DNA of 64,000 bases from Sphingopyxis sp. (GCF_019459305.1 NZ_JAIBES010000072.1:2331-66330), one strand, 5' to 3'; counted from the first letter of the stretch, positions 51,330 to 62,595 are shown. Notes: generated by a model not told the origin, from the sequence alone. Numbers and translations: made by a program.

Positions 51330-52886
51330 ATGTCGATTGATCTGATCCGGTTTTTGATTTTTGTCGCAGTCCTGGTCGGGCTGATGATCGTTGCCCTGTC
51401 GGTCCCGGCCTTTCGTCCCTATCTGCGTAAGAACCCGATGGTGACATTCCTGCTCGGCATTTCGAGCGGCTTTCCATTGACGTTGCTGATCGCGACGATG
51501 ACCTTTTGGCTAGCGAAGGTCGGGATCGATACTGCGACGATCGGATTCGCGGTTGCGCTCGGCATTCCCTACACGCTTAAATTCCTGTGGGCACCACTGG
51601 TCGATAAATTGCCGATTCCGTTTCTGACGAGCCGGTTCGGGCAAAGGCGCGGGTGGCTATTCTTTATCCAGGCGCTGCTGTTCCTCGCGATCTGGCAGTT
51701 GGGCTCCAGCAATCCGCAACCCGGCGATATCGGCCAGTTCGCGATCTGGGCGCTGATCACCGCATTTCTTTCCGCCACTCAGGACATCGTCATCGACGCT
51801 TATCGCATCGAAATTCTTGAGGACGACGAGTTTGCGCATGGCATCGCGACCAATCAGTTCGGCTATCGCACCGGCAATCTTATCGCGGGCGCTGGAACGA
51901 TTTATATTGCGTCGAACGAAGGGCTGGGGCTGGGCTGGGCGACCGCTTATGGGCTGACGGCATTCTGCATCGTGCCGGCAATCATCGGCGCGCTGTGGGC
52001 GGGCCCGGGCAAGTTCGTAGATCGGTTCGCGCAGGCGTCGGGCATGAAAGCGGGCCAATGGCTGACCGAGGCCGTGGTCAACCCGTTCCGCGAATTTTTG
52101 AGCCGCCACGGGGCTTTCCTGATCCTGGGCTTTGTGCTCTTGTACAAGGTCGGCGATGCAATGGGGCAGGCGATGCTAGGGCCGATGATCGTCGATCTGG
52201 GCTTTGCCGATCTCGATTATATTTCCGCCAACAAGCTGTGGGGCTTTGGCGCTCTGATCGTCGGATCGGCGCTCGGCGCGCCGTTCCTGCTATGGCTTGG
52301 TATGGGGCGCGCGCTGGTGATTTCCGGCTTTATGATGATGTTCTCGAACGTCATGTTCATGATCCTGGCCGCGACCGGCGACAATTACTGGATGATGGTC
52401 GCGGCGATCGTGACCGAAAATGTGACGAGCGGCATCGGACTGACGGTGTTCGCGACCTATTTGTCGGGGCTGTCGAACATTGCCTACACTGCCACGCAAT
52501 TTGCGCTTTTATCATCGTTCGCTGGTGTCGGCCGCACCTTCATGGCGGGACCGGCGGGCATTGTTGCGGAAAATTTTGGCTGGATCTTTTTCTGGGGCTT
52601 CACCGTCGTCGCGGCGATCCCGGGCATGCTGCTGCTGTGGCTGCTGTGGAGCAAGGGCTATGTCGTCGAAGGCGTGCGGCAGGCCGAGGTGGTCGATGAT
52701 CAGCGGTTGCGGCAGCCGGTGGGGGCGATGCGGATCACTGGATTCATTCTGATCGTCGCGGGTCTGGTCGGGGTGCTGTTGTCGCAGCAGCTTGAGCTTG
52801 CGAGCTATGTGATGGCGTCGTCGCTGGTCGGACTGGCGGTGGGCATCGTTCTGGCATGGACCGGCAAGCCGGCGCGAGCGGTTTAG
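51330..52886 (+). CDS. ampG: AmpG family muropeptide MFS transporter
   Basis: MFS with AmpG-type N-terminus (LLGISSGFPLTLLIATMTFWLAKVGID...KFLWAPLVD). ATG 51330 has better SD spacing than 51312. Confidence 0.85.
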   Translation: MSIDLIRFLIFVAVLVGLMIVALSVPAFRPYLRKNPMVTFLLGISSGFPLTLLIATMTFWLAKVGIDTATIGFAVALGIPYTLKFLWAPLVDKLPIPFLTSRFGQRRGWLFFIQALLFLAIWQLGSSNPQPGDIGQFAIWALITAFLSATQDIVIDAYRIEILEDDEFAHGIATNQFGYRTGNLIAGAGTIYIASNEGLGLGWATAYGLTAFCIVPAIIGALWAGPGKFVDRFAQASGMKAGQWLTEAVVNPFREFLSRHGAFLILGFVLLYKVGDAMGQAMLGPMIVDLGFADLDYISANKLWGFGALIVGSALGAPFLLWLGMGRALVISGFMMMFSNVMFMILAATGDNYWMMVAAIVTENVTSGIGLTVFATYLSGLSNIAYTATQFALLSSFAGVGRTFMAGPAGIVAENFGWIFFWGFTVVAAIPGMLLLWLLWSKGYVVEGVRQAEVVDDQRLRQPVGAMRITGFILIVAGLVGVLLSQQLELASYVMASSLVGLAVGIVLAWTGKPARAV

Positions 52887-54223
52887 TCGGGCAGTTCTTT
52901 GTTGCGGAGCAAGACGTCGCCAGCAAGATAGAGCGAGCCGCAGATCAGCACGTCGGCTGATGTCCGATGGTCGCGGATGCAGGCGAGCGCTGCAGCAACG
53001 TTGTCGCACGGCTGGACCGAAGCGATACCTAATTCGCTCTGTATGCGGTGACACAGGTCTTTGGGGTCATGATGCTCATGACCGGGTATTGGTACCGACT
53101 GAAACGACGCAATTTTGGCGGCGAAGGGGCGGAGGAAACCCATCGCATCCTTATTGCTCAGCAACCCGCAGATGACGTGCAACGGCGGTTGATCGGCCAG
53201 CGCCATTGCCAGCGCCGCTCCCGCATCCGGGTTATGTCCGCCGTCGAGCCAGATGTTCGTGCCAGCGGGCCGCAACGCGGTCAGTGGACCGTCGCCGAGT
53301 CGCTGCATCCTGCCCGGCCAGAAAGCTGTAGCGATGCCCTTAGCAATATCATCTTCGATTGACTGCGATCGGGGAGCGCTGCGCAGCATGGCGATGGCGA
53401 GACCGGCATTTCGCATCTGATGCGCGCCCACCATGCGCGAACGCAAGGTCAGCGCGATCGAACCGCGCGTGGATTGCCAGCGGAAGCCGTCGGCTTCGGG
53501 TACGACAACCCAAGCATCACCCTCCGAAAATAGCTTCCCACCGACCGCGGCAGCCCGGTCTTGGACCAGCTTCATCACATGATCGGGATAAGCGAGCGTG
53601 GCGAGCGCAGCACCCGGTTTGAAGATACCGGTCTTTTCCCATGCAATGCGTTCGATGGCCTCGGCTGGCACGCCTTCCTCGGGAGCCAGCAGGAAGGCCT
53701 CATGGTCGATGCCGAGCGACGCGATACCGCAGACCGTGGGGGCGGGGATGATGTTGGTGGCGTCGAGGCGGCCGCCGAGGCCAACCTCGATGATGCAGTC
53801 GTCGGCGGGGATGCGCGCGAAGGCGAGGAAGGCGGCGGCGGTGGTGACTTCGAAGAAGCTGGCTTGGAGGTCGGCGGCGACGTCGAGCACTTCCTCGAGC
53901 AGCGCCGCAAGCAGCGCGTCGTCGATCAGCGTCCCGGCAAGGCGGATGCGTTCGTTGAAGCGGACGAGGTGCGGGCTGGTGTAGCTGTGGACGCGGCGGC
54001 CCTGTGCTTCGAGGATGGCGCGGAGGTACGCACAGGTCGAGCCTTTGCCGTTGGTCCCCGCGACGTGAAAGGTGCGCGAGAGCTGTGTTTGCGGGTTGCC
54101 GAGGCGGGCGCAAAGTTCGGCGATGCGTTCGAGGCCGAGGATATCGCGGCCCGGCGAAAGGGCGGTGAGGCGGTCGAGCTGGGTTTGGACCGCGGGGTCG
54201 GTGGAGTGGGCGTGGTCGGGCAT
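52883..54223 (-). CDS. folC: bifunctional folylpolyglutamate synthase / dihydrofolate synthase
   Basis: Mur-ligase P-loop HVAGTNGKGS. Family layout and the conserved position downstream of accD. Confidence 0.9.
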   Translation of the reverse strand: MPDHAHSTDPAVQTQLDRLTALSPGRDILGLERIAELCARLGNPQTQLSRTFHVAGTNGKGSTCAYLRAILEAQGRRVHSYTSPHLVRFNERIRLAGTLIDDALLAALLEEVLDVAADLQASFFEVTTAAAFLAFARIPADDCIIEVGLGGRLDATNIIPAPTVCGIASLGIDHEAFLLAPEEGVPAEAIERIAWEKTGIFKPGAALATLAYPDHVMKLVQDRAAAVGGKLFSEGDAWVVVPEADGFRWQSTRGSIALTLRSRMVGAHQMRNAGLAIAMLRSAPRSQSIEDDIAKGIATAFWPGRMQRLGDGPLTALRPAGTNIWLDGGHNPDAGAALAMALADQPPLHVICGLLSNKDAMGFLRPFAAKIASFQSVPIPGHEHHDPKDLCHRIQSELGIASVQPCDNVAAALACIRDHRTSADVLICGSLYLAGDVLLRNKELPD

Positions 54224-54267
54224 GGTGGGTGCCTTGATCGTTAAGGGCGCTCGGCTTTTCCGTCTTC

Positions 54268-54338
54268 GTCATGCCGGACTTGATCCCGCATCCATATGCA
54301 CGGCCGTGGCTTGGACCCCGGATCAAGTCCGGGGTGAC
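54268..54338. repeat. REP/MITE-like palindromic element in the accD-folC spacer
   Basis: GTCATGCCGGACTTGATCC ... GGATCAAGTCCGGGGTGAC: 17/19 inverted arms around a 33-nt core. It resembles the short palindromic repeats scattered in alphaproteobacterial genomes. Confidence 0.5.
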
Positions 54339-54365
54339 AAAGTAAATAGGTCTCCTTGGCGTCCC

Positions 54366-55213
<848 letters not shown>

Positions 55214-55217
<4 letters not shown>

Positions 55218-56005
55218 GCGGCGATCTCCTTTGCGCCGTGGATAGCAGCGGCAAGGCTGCGGGTGAAGGTTTCGATGTGGCGGGGTGCGTCGGCACCATG
55301 CTGCGCCACGAGTTCGACCAGCGCCGAGCCGACGACAACGCCATCGGCAACGCGTGCGATATTCGCAGCCTGCTCGGGGGTGCGGACGCCGAAGCCGACC
55401 GCGATCGGCAGGTCGGTCTGCGTGCGCAGGCGCGCGACGGCTTCTTCAATGCTCGCCTGTGCCGCCTGTTGCAGCCCGGTGATCCCGGCGACCGACACGT
55501 AATAGAGAAAACCCCCGGCGCCATCGAGCACGGCGGGCAAACGCGCGGCGTCGGTGGTCGGGGTTGCAAGGCGGATCTGGTCGACCCCGGCCGCGCGCAG
55601 CGCAGGCCCGAGGCTGTCGTCTTCCTCGAAGGGTATGTCGACGCAGATGATACCGTCGACCCCGGCTTTCGCGCATTCGGCAGCGAACCAGTCGGCCCCG
55701 CGCCGGGTCATCGGGTTGGCATAGCCCATCAGCACCAGCGGGATGTCGGCGTGCCGAGCGCGAAATCCCTTGGCGATGGCGAGGATGTCGGCGGTCGTCG
55801 TTCCGGCGGCAAAACTGCGCAGGTTCGCGGCCTGGATCGCAGGGCCATCGGCCATCGGATCGGTGAAGGGCATGCCGAGTTCGATGACATCGGCGCCCCC
55901 CGCGACGAGCGCGTCGAGGATGGCGGCGGTGTCGCCGTCACCCGCAGTGACGAAGGTGACGAGCGCGGCGTGGGACTTGGCAAAGGCGGCGGCGAAGCGG
56001 GTCAT
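55214..56005 (-). CDS. trpA: tryptophan synthase alpha chain
   Basis: VTAGDGD...[15 protein letters not shown]...YANP pattern. 4-nt overlaps with trpB and accD. Confidence 0.95.
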
Positions 56006-57234
56006 ATCTGCGTCCCCAGCGCCTCGGCGACGGTAAAGATGTCCTTGTCACCGCGGCCGCACAGATTGACGATGATGATCGCATCGCGGTCCATTTCGGG
56101 CGCGACCTGGGTCACGGCCGCAATTGCGTGCGACGGTTCAAGCGCGGGGATGATACCCTCGGTGCGGCAGAGCAGCTGGAAGGCGTCGAGCGCTTCCTTG
56201 TCGGTCGCGCTGGTATATTCGACGCGGCCGATGTCGCGCAGCCACGCATGTTCGGGGCCGATGCCGGGGTAATCGAGCCCGGCGCTGATCGAATGCGCTT
56301 CGTCGATCTGCCCGTCTTCGTCCTGCAGCAGATAGGTGCGGTTGCCATGGAGAATGCCGGGGGCGCCACCCGCAAGGCTGGCGGCATGTTCCTTATCGAG
56401 CCCATGTCCTGCCGCTTCGACGCCGAGCATCCGAACCGACGGGTCGTCCAGGAACGGGTGGAACAGCCCGATCGCATTCGATCCGCCGCCGATCGCGGCG
56501 ACGAGCAGGTCAGGCAGGCGGCCCGTACGTTCGAGCAATTGCGCGCGCGCTTCCTTGCCGATCACGCTCTGGAAATCGCGGACGAGTTCGGGATAGGGGT
56601 GCGGTCCGGCGGCGGTACCGATGATGTAGAAGGTGTCGTGGACATTGGCGACCCAGTCGCGCAGCGCCTCGTTCATCGCATCCTTCAGCGTCCGCGCACC
56701 ACTTTCGACCCCGATCACTTCGGCGCCGAGCAGTTTCATGCGGAACACGTTGGGCTGCTGCCGCTCCATGTCGCGCGCGCCCATATAGATGACGCAGGGC
56801 AGGCCGAAGCGGGCACAGACGGTCGCGGTGGCGACGCCGTGTTGACCGGCGCCGGTCTCGGCGATGATCCGCGTCTTACCCATGCGACGAGCGAGCAGGA
56901 TCTGGCCGATGCAATTGTTGATCTTGTGCGCGCCGGTGTGGTTGAGCTCGTCGCGCTTGAACCAGATTTGCGCGCCCTTGCCGTCGGGCGCGTCCTTGCG
57001 CAGTTCCTCGGTCAGCCGTTCGGCATAATAGAGTGGGCTGGGGCGTCCGACATAGTGGGTGAGCAGATCGTCGAATTCCGCAGCGAAGGCGTTGTCTTTC
57101 TGCGCGGCGCGATATTCGCGTTCGAGATCGAGAACTAGCGGCAACAGCGTTTCGGCGACGAAGCGCCCGCCGAAAATCCCGAAATGGCCGCGCTCGTCGG
57201 GCTGGCTGCGAAAGCTGTTGGGGTGGGTGCTCAT
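56002..57234 (-). CDS. trpB: tryptophan synthase beta chain
   Basis: PLP-site [27 protein letters not shown]. Confidence 0.97.
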   Translation of the reverse strand: MSTHPNSFRSQPDERGHFGIFGGRFVAETLLPLVLDLEREYRAAQKDNAFAAEFDDLLTHYVGRPSPLYYAERLTEELRKDAPDGKGAQIWFKRDELNHTGAHKINNCIGQILLARRMGKTRIIAETGAGQHGVATATVCARFGLPCVIYMGARDMERQQPNVFRMKLLGAEVIGVESGARTLKDAMNEALRDWVANVHDTFYIIGTAAGPHPYPELVRDFQSVIGKEARAQLLERTGRLPDLLVAAIGGGSNAIGLFHPFLDDPSVRMLGVEAAGHGLDKEHAASLAGGAPGILHGNRTYLLQDEDGQIDEAHSISAGLDYPGIGPEHAWLRDIGRVEYTSATDKEALDAFQLLCRTEGIIPALEPSHAIAAVTQVAPEMDRDAIIIVNLCGRGDKDIFTVAEALGTQI

Positions 57235-57860
57235 GACCGCGCCGCTTTAAGGAAAGCGGCGATCTTGTCCACATCCTTCACGCCTGGGGCGCTTTCGACC
57301 CCCGATGATACATCAACCAGAGGCGCGCCGGTGGCGGCGATCGCTTCGGCCACATTGGCTGGGGTGAGGCCGCCCGCGACACCCCAATCCATCGTGTGAC
57401 GATGATTTTTGAGCAGCGACCAGTCGAAGCGCGTCCCCGTCCCGCCCGGGAGCGCGGCTGCGGGCGCGTCGAAAAGGATGCGGTCGGCGGCGCCCTGATA
57501 TTTCTGAATCCGCTCCAGCGTTCCGGCATCCTTCAGGCCGACGGCCTTCCAGACCTGCGCGGGCGCAATCCGCTTGACCACGGCGAGCCATTCGGGGCTT
57601 TCGTTGCCGTGAAACTGGATGATGTCGGGGCGCACCGCCGCCAGCGCCTCGCCGGTCAGTTGCTGCGACGCGTTGACGAGCAACAGCGCGACCTGAACGT
57701 GGCGCCCGGCGCGTTTGCGCAGCTCAGCGGCGGTCTTCAGATCGATGTGGCGCGGGCTCGGCTCGTAGTGGACGAGGCCGATGTGCGTGGCGCCATGCTC
57801 GATGGCAGCGTCGACCGTTTCGGGCGTCGAGAGGCCACAGATTTTGACGAGTAAGGACAT
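57231..57860 (-). CDS. trpF: phosphoribosylanthranilate isomerase
   Basis: [10 protein letters not shown]...FHGNESP...[10 protein letters not shown]. Internal ATG 57860 gives the canonical 209 aa. Confidence 0.9.
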   Translation of the reverse strand: MSLLVKICGLSTPETVDAAIEHGATHIGLVHYEPSPRHIDLKTAAELRKRAGRHVQVALLLVNASQQLTGEALAAVRPDIIQFHGNESPEWLAVVKRIAPAQVWKAVGLKDAGTLERIQKYQGAADRILFDAPAAALPGGTGTRFDWSLLKNHRHTMDWGVAGGLTPANVAEAIAATGAPLVDVSSGVESAPGVKDVDKIAAFLKAARS

Positions 57861-57952
57861 GGGCGCTCTTTGCTCGCCAATCAGCGCCGAGGCAACCCGC
57901 ATTGGCAGCGACGAAACTTGTGGTAGGATCAATATCCAAGGGGAAGAATGCC

Positions 57953-58369
57953 ATGCACCGAATGTTTGTCGCTTTTTTGGTCGTATGCTTGGCGGCGTGC
58001 AATCCGGCCAACGCAACCGCCGAGCTTGCTGCATCCGAAAAGGCGATCGGTGCGTTTCACGCCGATGCGAATGCTGGTAACTTCGAGGACATTTATTTCG
58101 GATCGGGCGACGAAATGCAGAATTCTGCCGACATCGCCGATTTCGAAGAGTTTCTGGGAGTTGTGCAGAAAAAACTCGGCAAGGCTGGTAAATCCACCCA
58201 GGAAGGGTGGCGGATCAATTATGTGAATGGCATGAGCATGACCGTCCTGAACATGAAGACGATCTATGAAAAGGGCGAAGCGATGGAAACATTCACTTTC
58301 AAATCATCGCCCAAAGGTCCGGTACTGGTGGGCTATAACATCCAGTCAAACGCGCTCATCATGAACTAA
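57953..58369 (+). CDS. hypothetical lipoprotein
   Basis: Lipobox FLVVCLAAC. Visibly AT-richer than its neighbours. I recognised no family. Confidence 0.5.
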   Translation: MHRMFVAFLVVCLAACNPANATAELAASEKAIGAFHADANAGNFEDIYFGSGDEMQNSADIADFEEFLGVVQKKLGKAGKSTQEGWRINYVNGMSMTVLNMKTIYEKGEAMETFTFKSSPKGPVLVGYNIQSNALIMN

Positions 58370-59040
58370 AGCGTCGCTTCGATTTCGCGAGCCGCAAGGT
58401 CGGGATCGGGCGACTGGCTGATCGGGCGACCTACCACCAGGATGGACGCACCATCGGCCATTGCCTGCGCCGGAGTGACGACGCGTTTCTGATCTCCCAC
58501 GCTGCCGTTCGACGGGCGTACACCCGGGACAACGAAAAAACCTCCCGGCCACGCCTTGCGCGCCGCTTTCACTTCCTGACCCGAGCAAACGATGCCGTCG
58601 AGCCCGGATTCGCGCGCGAGCGAGGCGAGGCGGACGACCTGATCGTGCGGGGTGCCGCCGACGCCGATGTCTTCAAGGTCGGGGGCGTCCAGGCTGGTCA
58701 GCACGGTCACCGCAACTACCTTGGTATTCAGCCCCGCCACGGCTTTCGCCTCCTCGAGCATCGCGCGGCCGCCCGCGGCGTGGACAGTCAGGATCGCGGG
58801 TTCGAGCGGTCGCAGCGCCTGGATCGCCTTGGCGACGGTGTTGGGGATGTCGTGAAGCTTGAGGTCGAGGAAGATCGGCAACCCAAGCTTGGCCATTTCA
58901 TGCACGCCATGATGACCATTGGCGCAGAAGAATTCGAGGCCGAGCTTCAGTCCGCCAACATGATGCCGCACCTTTTGCGCCAGCGTGACCGCTGCGTCGA
59001 GGTGGGGGTGGTCAATGGCGAGATACAGCGGCGAGCTCAT
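58366..59040 (-). CDS. pyrF: orotidine 5'-phosphate decarboxylase
   Basis: LYLAIDHP...IFLDLKLHDIPNT...ILVVGRPI. Confidence 0.92.
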   Translation of the reverse strand: MSSPLYLAIDHPHLDAAVTLAQKVRHHVGGLKLGLEFFCANGHHGVHEMAKLGLPIFLDLKLHDIPNTVAKAIQALRPLEPAILTVHAAGGRAMLEEAKAVAGLNTKVVAVTVLTSLDAPDLEDIGVGGTPHDQVVRLASLARESGLDGIVCSGQEVKAARKAWPGGFFVVPGVRPSNGSVGDQKRVVTPAQAMADGASILVVGRPISQSPDPDLAAREIEATL

Positions 59041-59384
59041 GGAATATCCAGTGGCAGGGTGGGGGAGGCTGTCCCGGGAGCAGGCGCAGTGGCGGGTGTC
59101 GCCACCGGTGCGGGCTCGACGGGACGGTTGGCGAGCGCGCGCATGTCGGCGAGCTGGCGTTCGCTGGCGTCGAGGCGGCGTTTGAGCGACCAGCGCGTCG
59201 TGCGCAGCGCAATCCACATCGGCACGCTGCCGATCAGAAAGGATGCCAGGATGAGCACTGGCAATTTGGTGTCGAGCACCTGACCCGGCCAGATGGTGAC
59301 GGTGACCGCAAGCCAGTTCGCCATCGCGAAAATGACCAGAACGGCGGTCAGAAAGACCCAGATGATCGTCCGCAGAATTCCCAC
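59037..59384 (-). CDS. LapA/DUF1049 family inner-membrane protein
   Basis: Two TMs (IIWVFLTAVLVIFAMAN, LPVLILASFLIGSVPMW), then a coiled segment and a Pro/Ala tail. ATGA overlap with pyrF. Confidence 0.7.
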   Translation of the reverse strand: MGILRTIIWVFLTAVLVIFAMANWLAVTVTIWPGQVLDTKLPVLILASFLIGSVPMWIALRTTRWSLKRRLDASERQLADMRALANRPVEPAPVATPATAPAPGTASPTLPLDIP

Positions 59385-59449
59385 TATCTCATGCTCCTCT
59401 GTCGGTCGATCACGACCCTATGCCAGATTGGCGCGGCTTTCCAGTCCGG

Positions 59450-60766
59450 CTATGCCGCGCCGAAGACGCGATCGAAGATCGTGTCGACATGCTTCATATG
59501 ATAGCCGAGGTCGAAAAGTTCCGTCAGCTGTGCATCGGACAGCCGCGCGGTAACGTCGGCATCGGCTTTCAGCAGTTCGAGCAGCGACAATTGGCCGTCG
59601 CTTTTCCACACCCGCATCGCGTTGCGCTGGACCAGCAAATAGCTGTGCTCGCGGCTCGCGCCGGCCTGCGTCAGTGCCAGCAGCACGCGCTGCGAATGGA
59701 CGAGGCCGCCCATGCGGTCGAGGTTCTTCTGCATCCGATCAGGATAGATCAGCAGCTTGTCGATCACCCCGGTCAGGCGGCCGAGCGCGAAGTCGAGGGT
59801 GATCGTCGCGTCGGGGCCGATGAAGCGTTCGACCGACGAATGGCTGATATCGCGTTCGTGCCATAGCGCGACATTCTCGAGCGCGGGGACGACCGCGCTG
59901 CGGACCATGCGCGCGAGGCCGGTGAGATTTTCGGTCAGGATCGGGTTGCGCTTGTGCGGCATCGCCGACGAACCCTTTTGCCCCGGCGAGAAATATTCCT
60001 CGGCTTCGAGCACTTCGGTGCGCTGGAGATGGCGGACTTCGGTCGCGAGGCGTTCGATCGATCCCGCGACGACGCCGAGGGTGGCAAAGAACATCGCATG
60101 GCGATCGCGCGGGATGACCTGCGTCGATACGGGTTCGATCGACAGGCCGAGCTTCGCGGCGACATGCGCTTCGACGCGCGGGTCGATGTTGGCGAATGTG
60201 CCAACCGCGCCCGAGATCGCACAGGTGGCCACTTCGGCGCGCGCGGCGATCAGGCGCGCCTTGCAGCGATCGAATTCGGCATAGGCCTGCGCCAGTTTGA
60301 GCCCGAAGGTGACGGGCTCGGCGTGGATGCCGTGGCTGCGACCGATCGTCGGGGTCAGCTTATGTTCGAAGGCGCGGCGCTTGATCGCGGCGAGCAGTGC
60401 GTCGACGTCGGCGATCAACAGGTCTGCGGCCTGCGCGAGCTGTACGGCGAGGCAGGTGTCGAGCACGTCCGAGCTGGTCATTCCCTGATGCATGAAACGC
60501 GCTTCTTCGCCGACATTTTCCGACACCCAGGTCAGAAAGGCGATGACGTCATGCTTGGTAACCGCCTCGATCGCGTCGATCGCGGCGACGTCGATGACGG
60601 GTTTGGTCGCCCACCAATCCCACAGCGCTTTGGCAGCGGATTTCGGCACGGTTCCGAGGTCGGCGAGGGCGTCGGTGGCGTGCGCTTCGATCTCGAACCA
60701 GATGCGAAAGCGATTCTCGGCCGACCAGATCGCGGTCATTTCCGGCCTGGCGTAACGCGGAACCAT
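59450..60766 (-). CDS. purB: adenylosuccinate lyase
   Basis: MVPRYARPEM... and the fumarate-lyase signature GSSAMPHKRNP. Confidence 0.95.
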   Translation of the reverse strand: MVPRYARPEMTAIWSAENRFRIWFEIEAHATDALADLGTVPKSAAKALWDWWATKPVIDVAAIDAIEAVTKHDVIAFLTWVSENVGEEARFMHQGMTSSDVLDTCLAVQLAQAADLLIADVDALLAAIKRRAFEHKLTPTIGRSHGIHAEPVTFGLKLAQAYAEFDRCKARLIAARAEVATCAISGAVGTFANIDPRVEAHVAAKLGLSIEPVSTQVIPRDRHAMFFATLGVVAGSIERLATEVRHLQRTEVLEAEEYFSPGQKGSSAMPHKRNPILTENLTGLARMVRSAVVPALENVALWHERDISHSSVERFIGPDATITLDFALGRLTGVIDKLLIYPDRMQKNLDRMGGLVHSQRVLLALTQAGASREHSYLLVQRNAMRVWKSDGQLSLLELLKADADVTARLSDAQLTELFDLGYHMKHVDTIFDRVFGAA

Positions 60767-60965
60767 TGAATTTCCTTCCTTAACGGGCGCTCTGTCGCGG
60801 AATCGCAGCCGAACCGTGATGGGGCGCCCCGTAGCAGGGACAAGGCGTTTCGCCAAACGGCGCGGCACCGCAACCTTGGCGGAATTTGGTGGGTTGCTTT
60901 CATACCCCACTAACAAGGCGACGGGTCGCAATCACCCGCAAAGTCGCCGCGAAAGGAGAAATTCT

Positions 60966-61277
60966 GTGTTGAAACAATTGCTCTTGATCGGCGCGGCAGC
61001 CGTGAGCTTCCCGGTGCTGGCGCAGACGACCGCGCCGACGGACGCGGAGCCGGCGCCGACCAGTCAGGCGCCGCCAGCTCCCACCGATACCATGGCACCG
61101 GCGCCGGATGAAAAGCCCGCCGACGATGCCAGGCCCACGGACGACACGGCCCCGACCGAGGACACCAAGCCGACCGACACACCCCCGGCAGCTGAGCCGA
61201 ACCCGCCAGCTGACCAGCCTGCCCTTGAGCCCGAGCCGACTGAGCCCGAGCCGACCCCCGAACCGGACCCCGAATAA
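60966..61277 (+). CDS. secreted acidic Pro/Thr/Ala-rich low-complexity protein
   Basis: AAAGGAGAA RBS and GTG start. Signal peptide LKQLLLIGAAAVSFPVLAQ. Contains a 15-nt tandem duplication (GAGCCCGAGCCGAC x2). Confidence 0.5.
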   Translation: MLKQLLLIGAAAVSFPVLAQTTAPTDAEPAPTSQAPPAPTDTMAPAPDEKPADDARPTDDTAPTEDTKPTDTPPAAEPNPPADQPALEPEPTEPEPTPEPDPE

Positions 61278-61318
61278 CACCGCAATGGAATAACGCCCCC
61301 AACGAATGATTTAGGAGA

Positions 61319-61795
61319 ATGACTATGTTGAAACAGATGCTTTTGATCGGTGTCGCCGCCGTGAGTTTCCCCGCCTTGGCGCAGACGACCGCCCCAGCCG
61401 CCGACCCGATGGCGCCGCCGACGGCGAGTGAGCCGGCCCCGGCGCCGGATACGACGGTGCCAACCAATCCGGCTCCCGCTCCGAACCCCGACGCGTCTGC
61501 GCCGCCGGCAACCGCCCAGTCGGCACCTTCGAGCGCAGCGGCAACGCCGACCCAGATCGCGCAGATCGTCGATACGGAATTTCCGACCTATGACGCCGAC
61601 GCCGACGGCGATCTGAATGAGGCCGAGTTCTCAGCCTGGATGAAAAAGCTGCGCGCCGCGACCGAACCGGGCGTTGATCCTGAATCGGCCGACGTGAAGA
61701 CTTGGATCGGTCAGGCGTTCGCCGCCGCCGATGTCGATAAATCGGGTGCGGTTAACAAGACCGAACTGACCGGCTTTCTTTCGCGCGGCGCCTAA
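61319..61795 (+). CDS. secreted EF-hand calcium-binding protein
   Basis: Signal peptide LKQMLLIGVAAVSFPALAQ, paralogous to the preceding gene. Two EF-hand loops, DADADGDLNEAEF and DVDKSGAVNKTEL. Confidence 0.7.
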   Translation: MTMLKQMLLIGVAAVSFPALAQTTAPAADPMAPPTASEPAPAPDTTVPTNPAPAPNPDASAPPATAQSAPSSAAATPTQIAQIVDTEFPTYDADADGDLNEAEFSAWMKKLRAATEPGVDPESADVKTWIGQAFAAADVDKSGAVNKTELTGFLSRGA

Positions 61796-61856
61796 TCAGC
61801 CACGCGCGGGGTAGTGCAGCCGTCGGAGCGATCCGGCGGCTGCATCCGGTTGCGTT

Positions 61857-62595
61857 CTATAAACGGCCCATCGCGCGGAAGCTGCGAAATTCCGACCCGC
61901 CGATCCCGATATGCTCATGCAATACGATCCCCAGCCGCGCTCCTACATCCGCAATCTCGCGCGTAATCGCGATACCCTGGAGGCTGGGTTCGGGGCTGCC
62001 GCTGCGGTGGTTGTGGACGAGGATATGGCCGATGCACCCCAGCTAAAGCGCGCGCTTTATCAATTCGCGAACATAGATCGCCGACTGGTCGATCGATCCC
62101 TCGTTCGCCAGTTCGTCGCGGATCAGCATGTTGCGCGAATTGCGATACAGGACGCGGACGCGATCGATGTCGAGCGGCCTCATGTCGGCGCGTAGCCAGT
62201 CGGGGAGGGCGTCCCGGTTCGACAGTAAAGACTTGTCGCGAAACTCGCCTTGAGCATTCGCAGGCTGGCGGCCTGGACGATTTTCAACGCCGCAATGCCG
62301 TGTCGCCCAATCCATCGACGCGGCGGAGCGATTCGGGATCGGCGCTGACGAGTTGTGCCAGCGAGCCGAACTCGCGCAGCAGCGCCTTGGCCCGTGGCTT
62401 GGTGTGGCAGCGTGGGATCGCCAGCGCGAGCAGATATTCGACCAGTTCATAATGGGCCATGCCGTTGGCATCGCCGCTGAGCAGGCGCACGTGAAGGCGC
62501 GCGAGGTGGCCCGCACGGTCGGGGGGAGGAGCAGCGTGTCGGCATCGGCCATCGCTGTCCGAATAACCGCCTTGTGAGGCACACTCAACGGGCAT
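61857..62595 (-). pseudogene. radC: radC (JAB/MPN domain) gene with one frameshift and an in-frame TAG
   Basis: N-terminus GHLARLHVRLL...YELVEYLLALAIPRCHTKPRAKALLREFGSL in one frame. LRADMRPLDIDRVRVLYRNSRNMLIRDE...IYVRELIKRAL in another. Then TAG (62043-62045), then LGCIGHILVHNHRSGSPEPS (JAMM motif HNHPSG changed to HNHRSG). Confidence 0.75.

Noticed and set aside
55238-57138. 344- and 336-aa plus-strand ORFs opposite trpA and trpB
   Set aside because: Antisense shadows of highly conserved genes.
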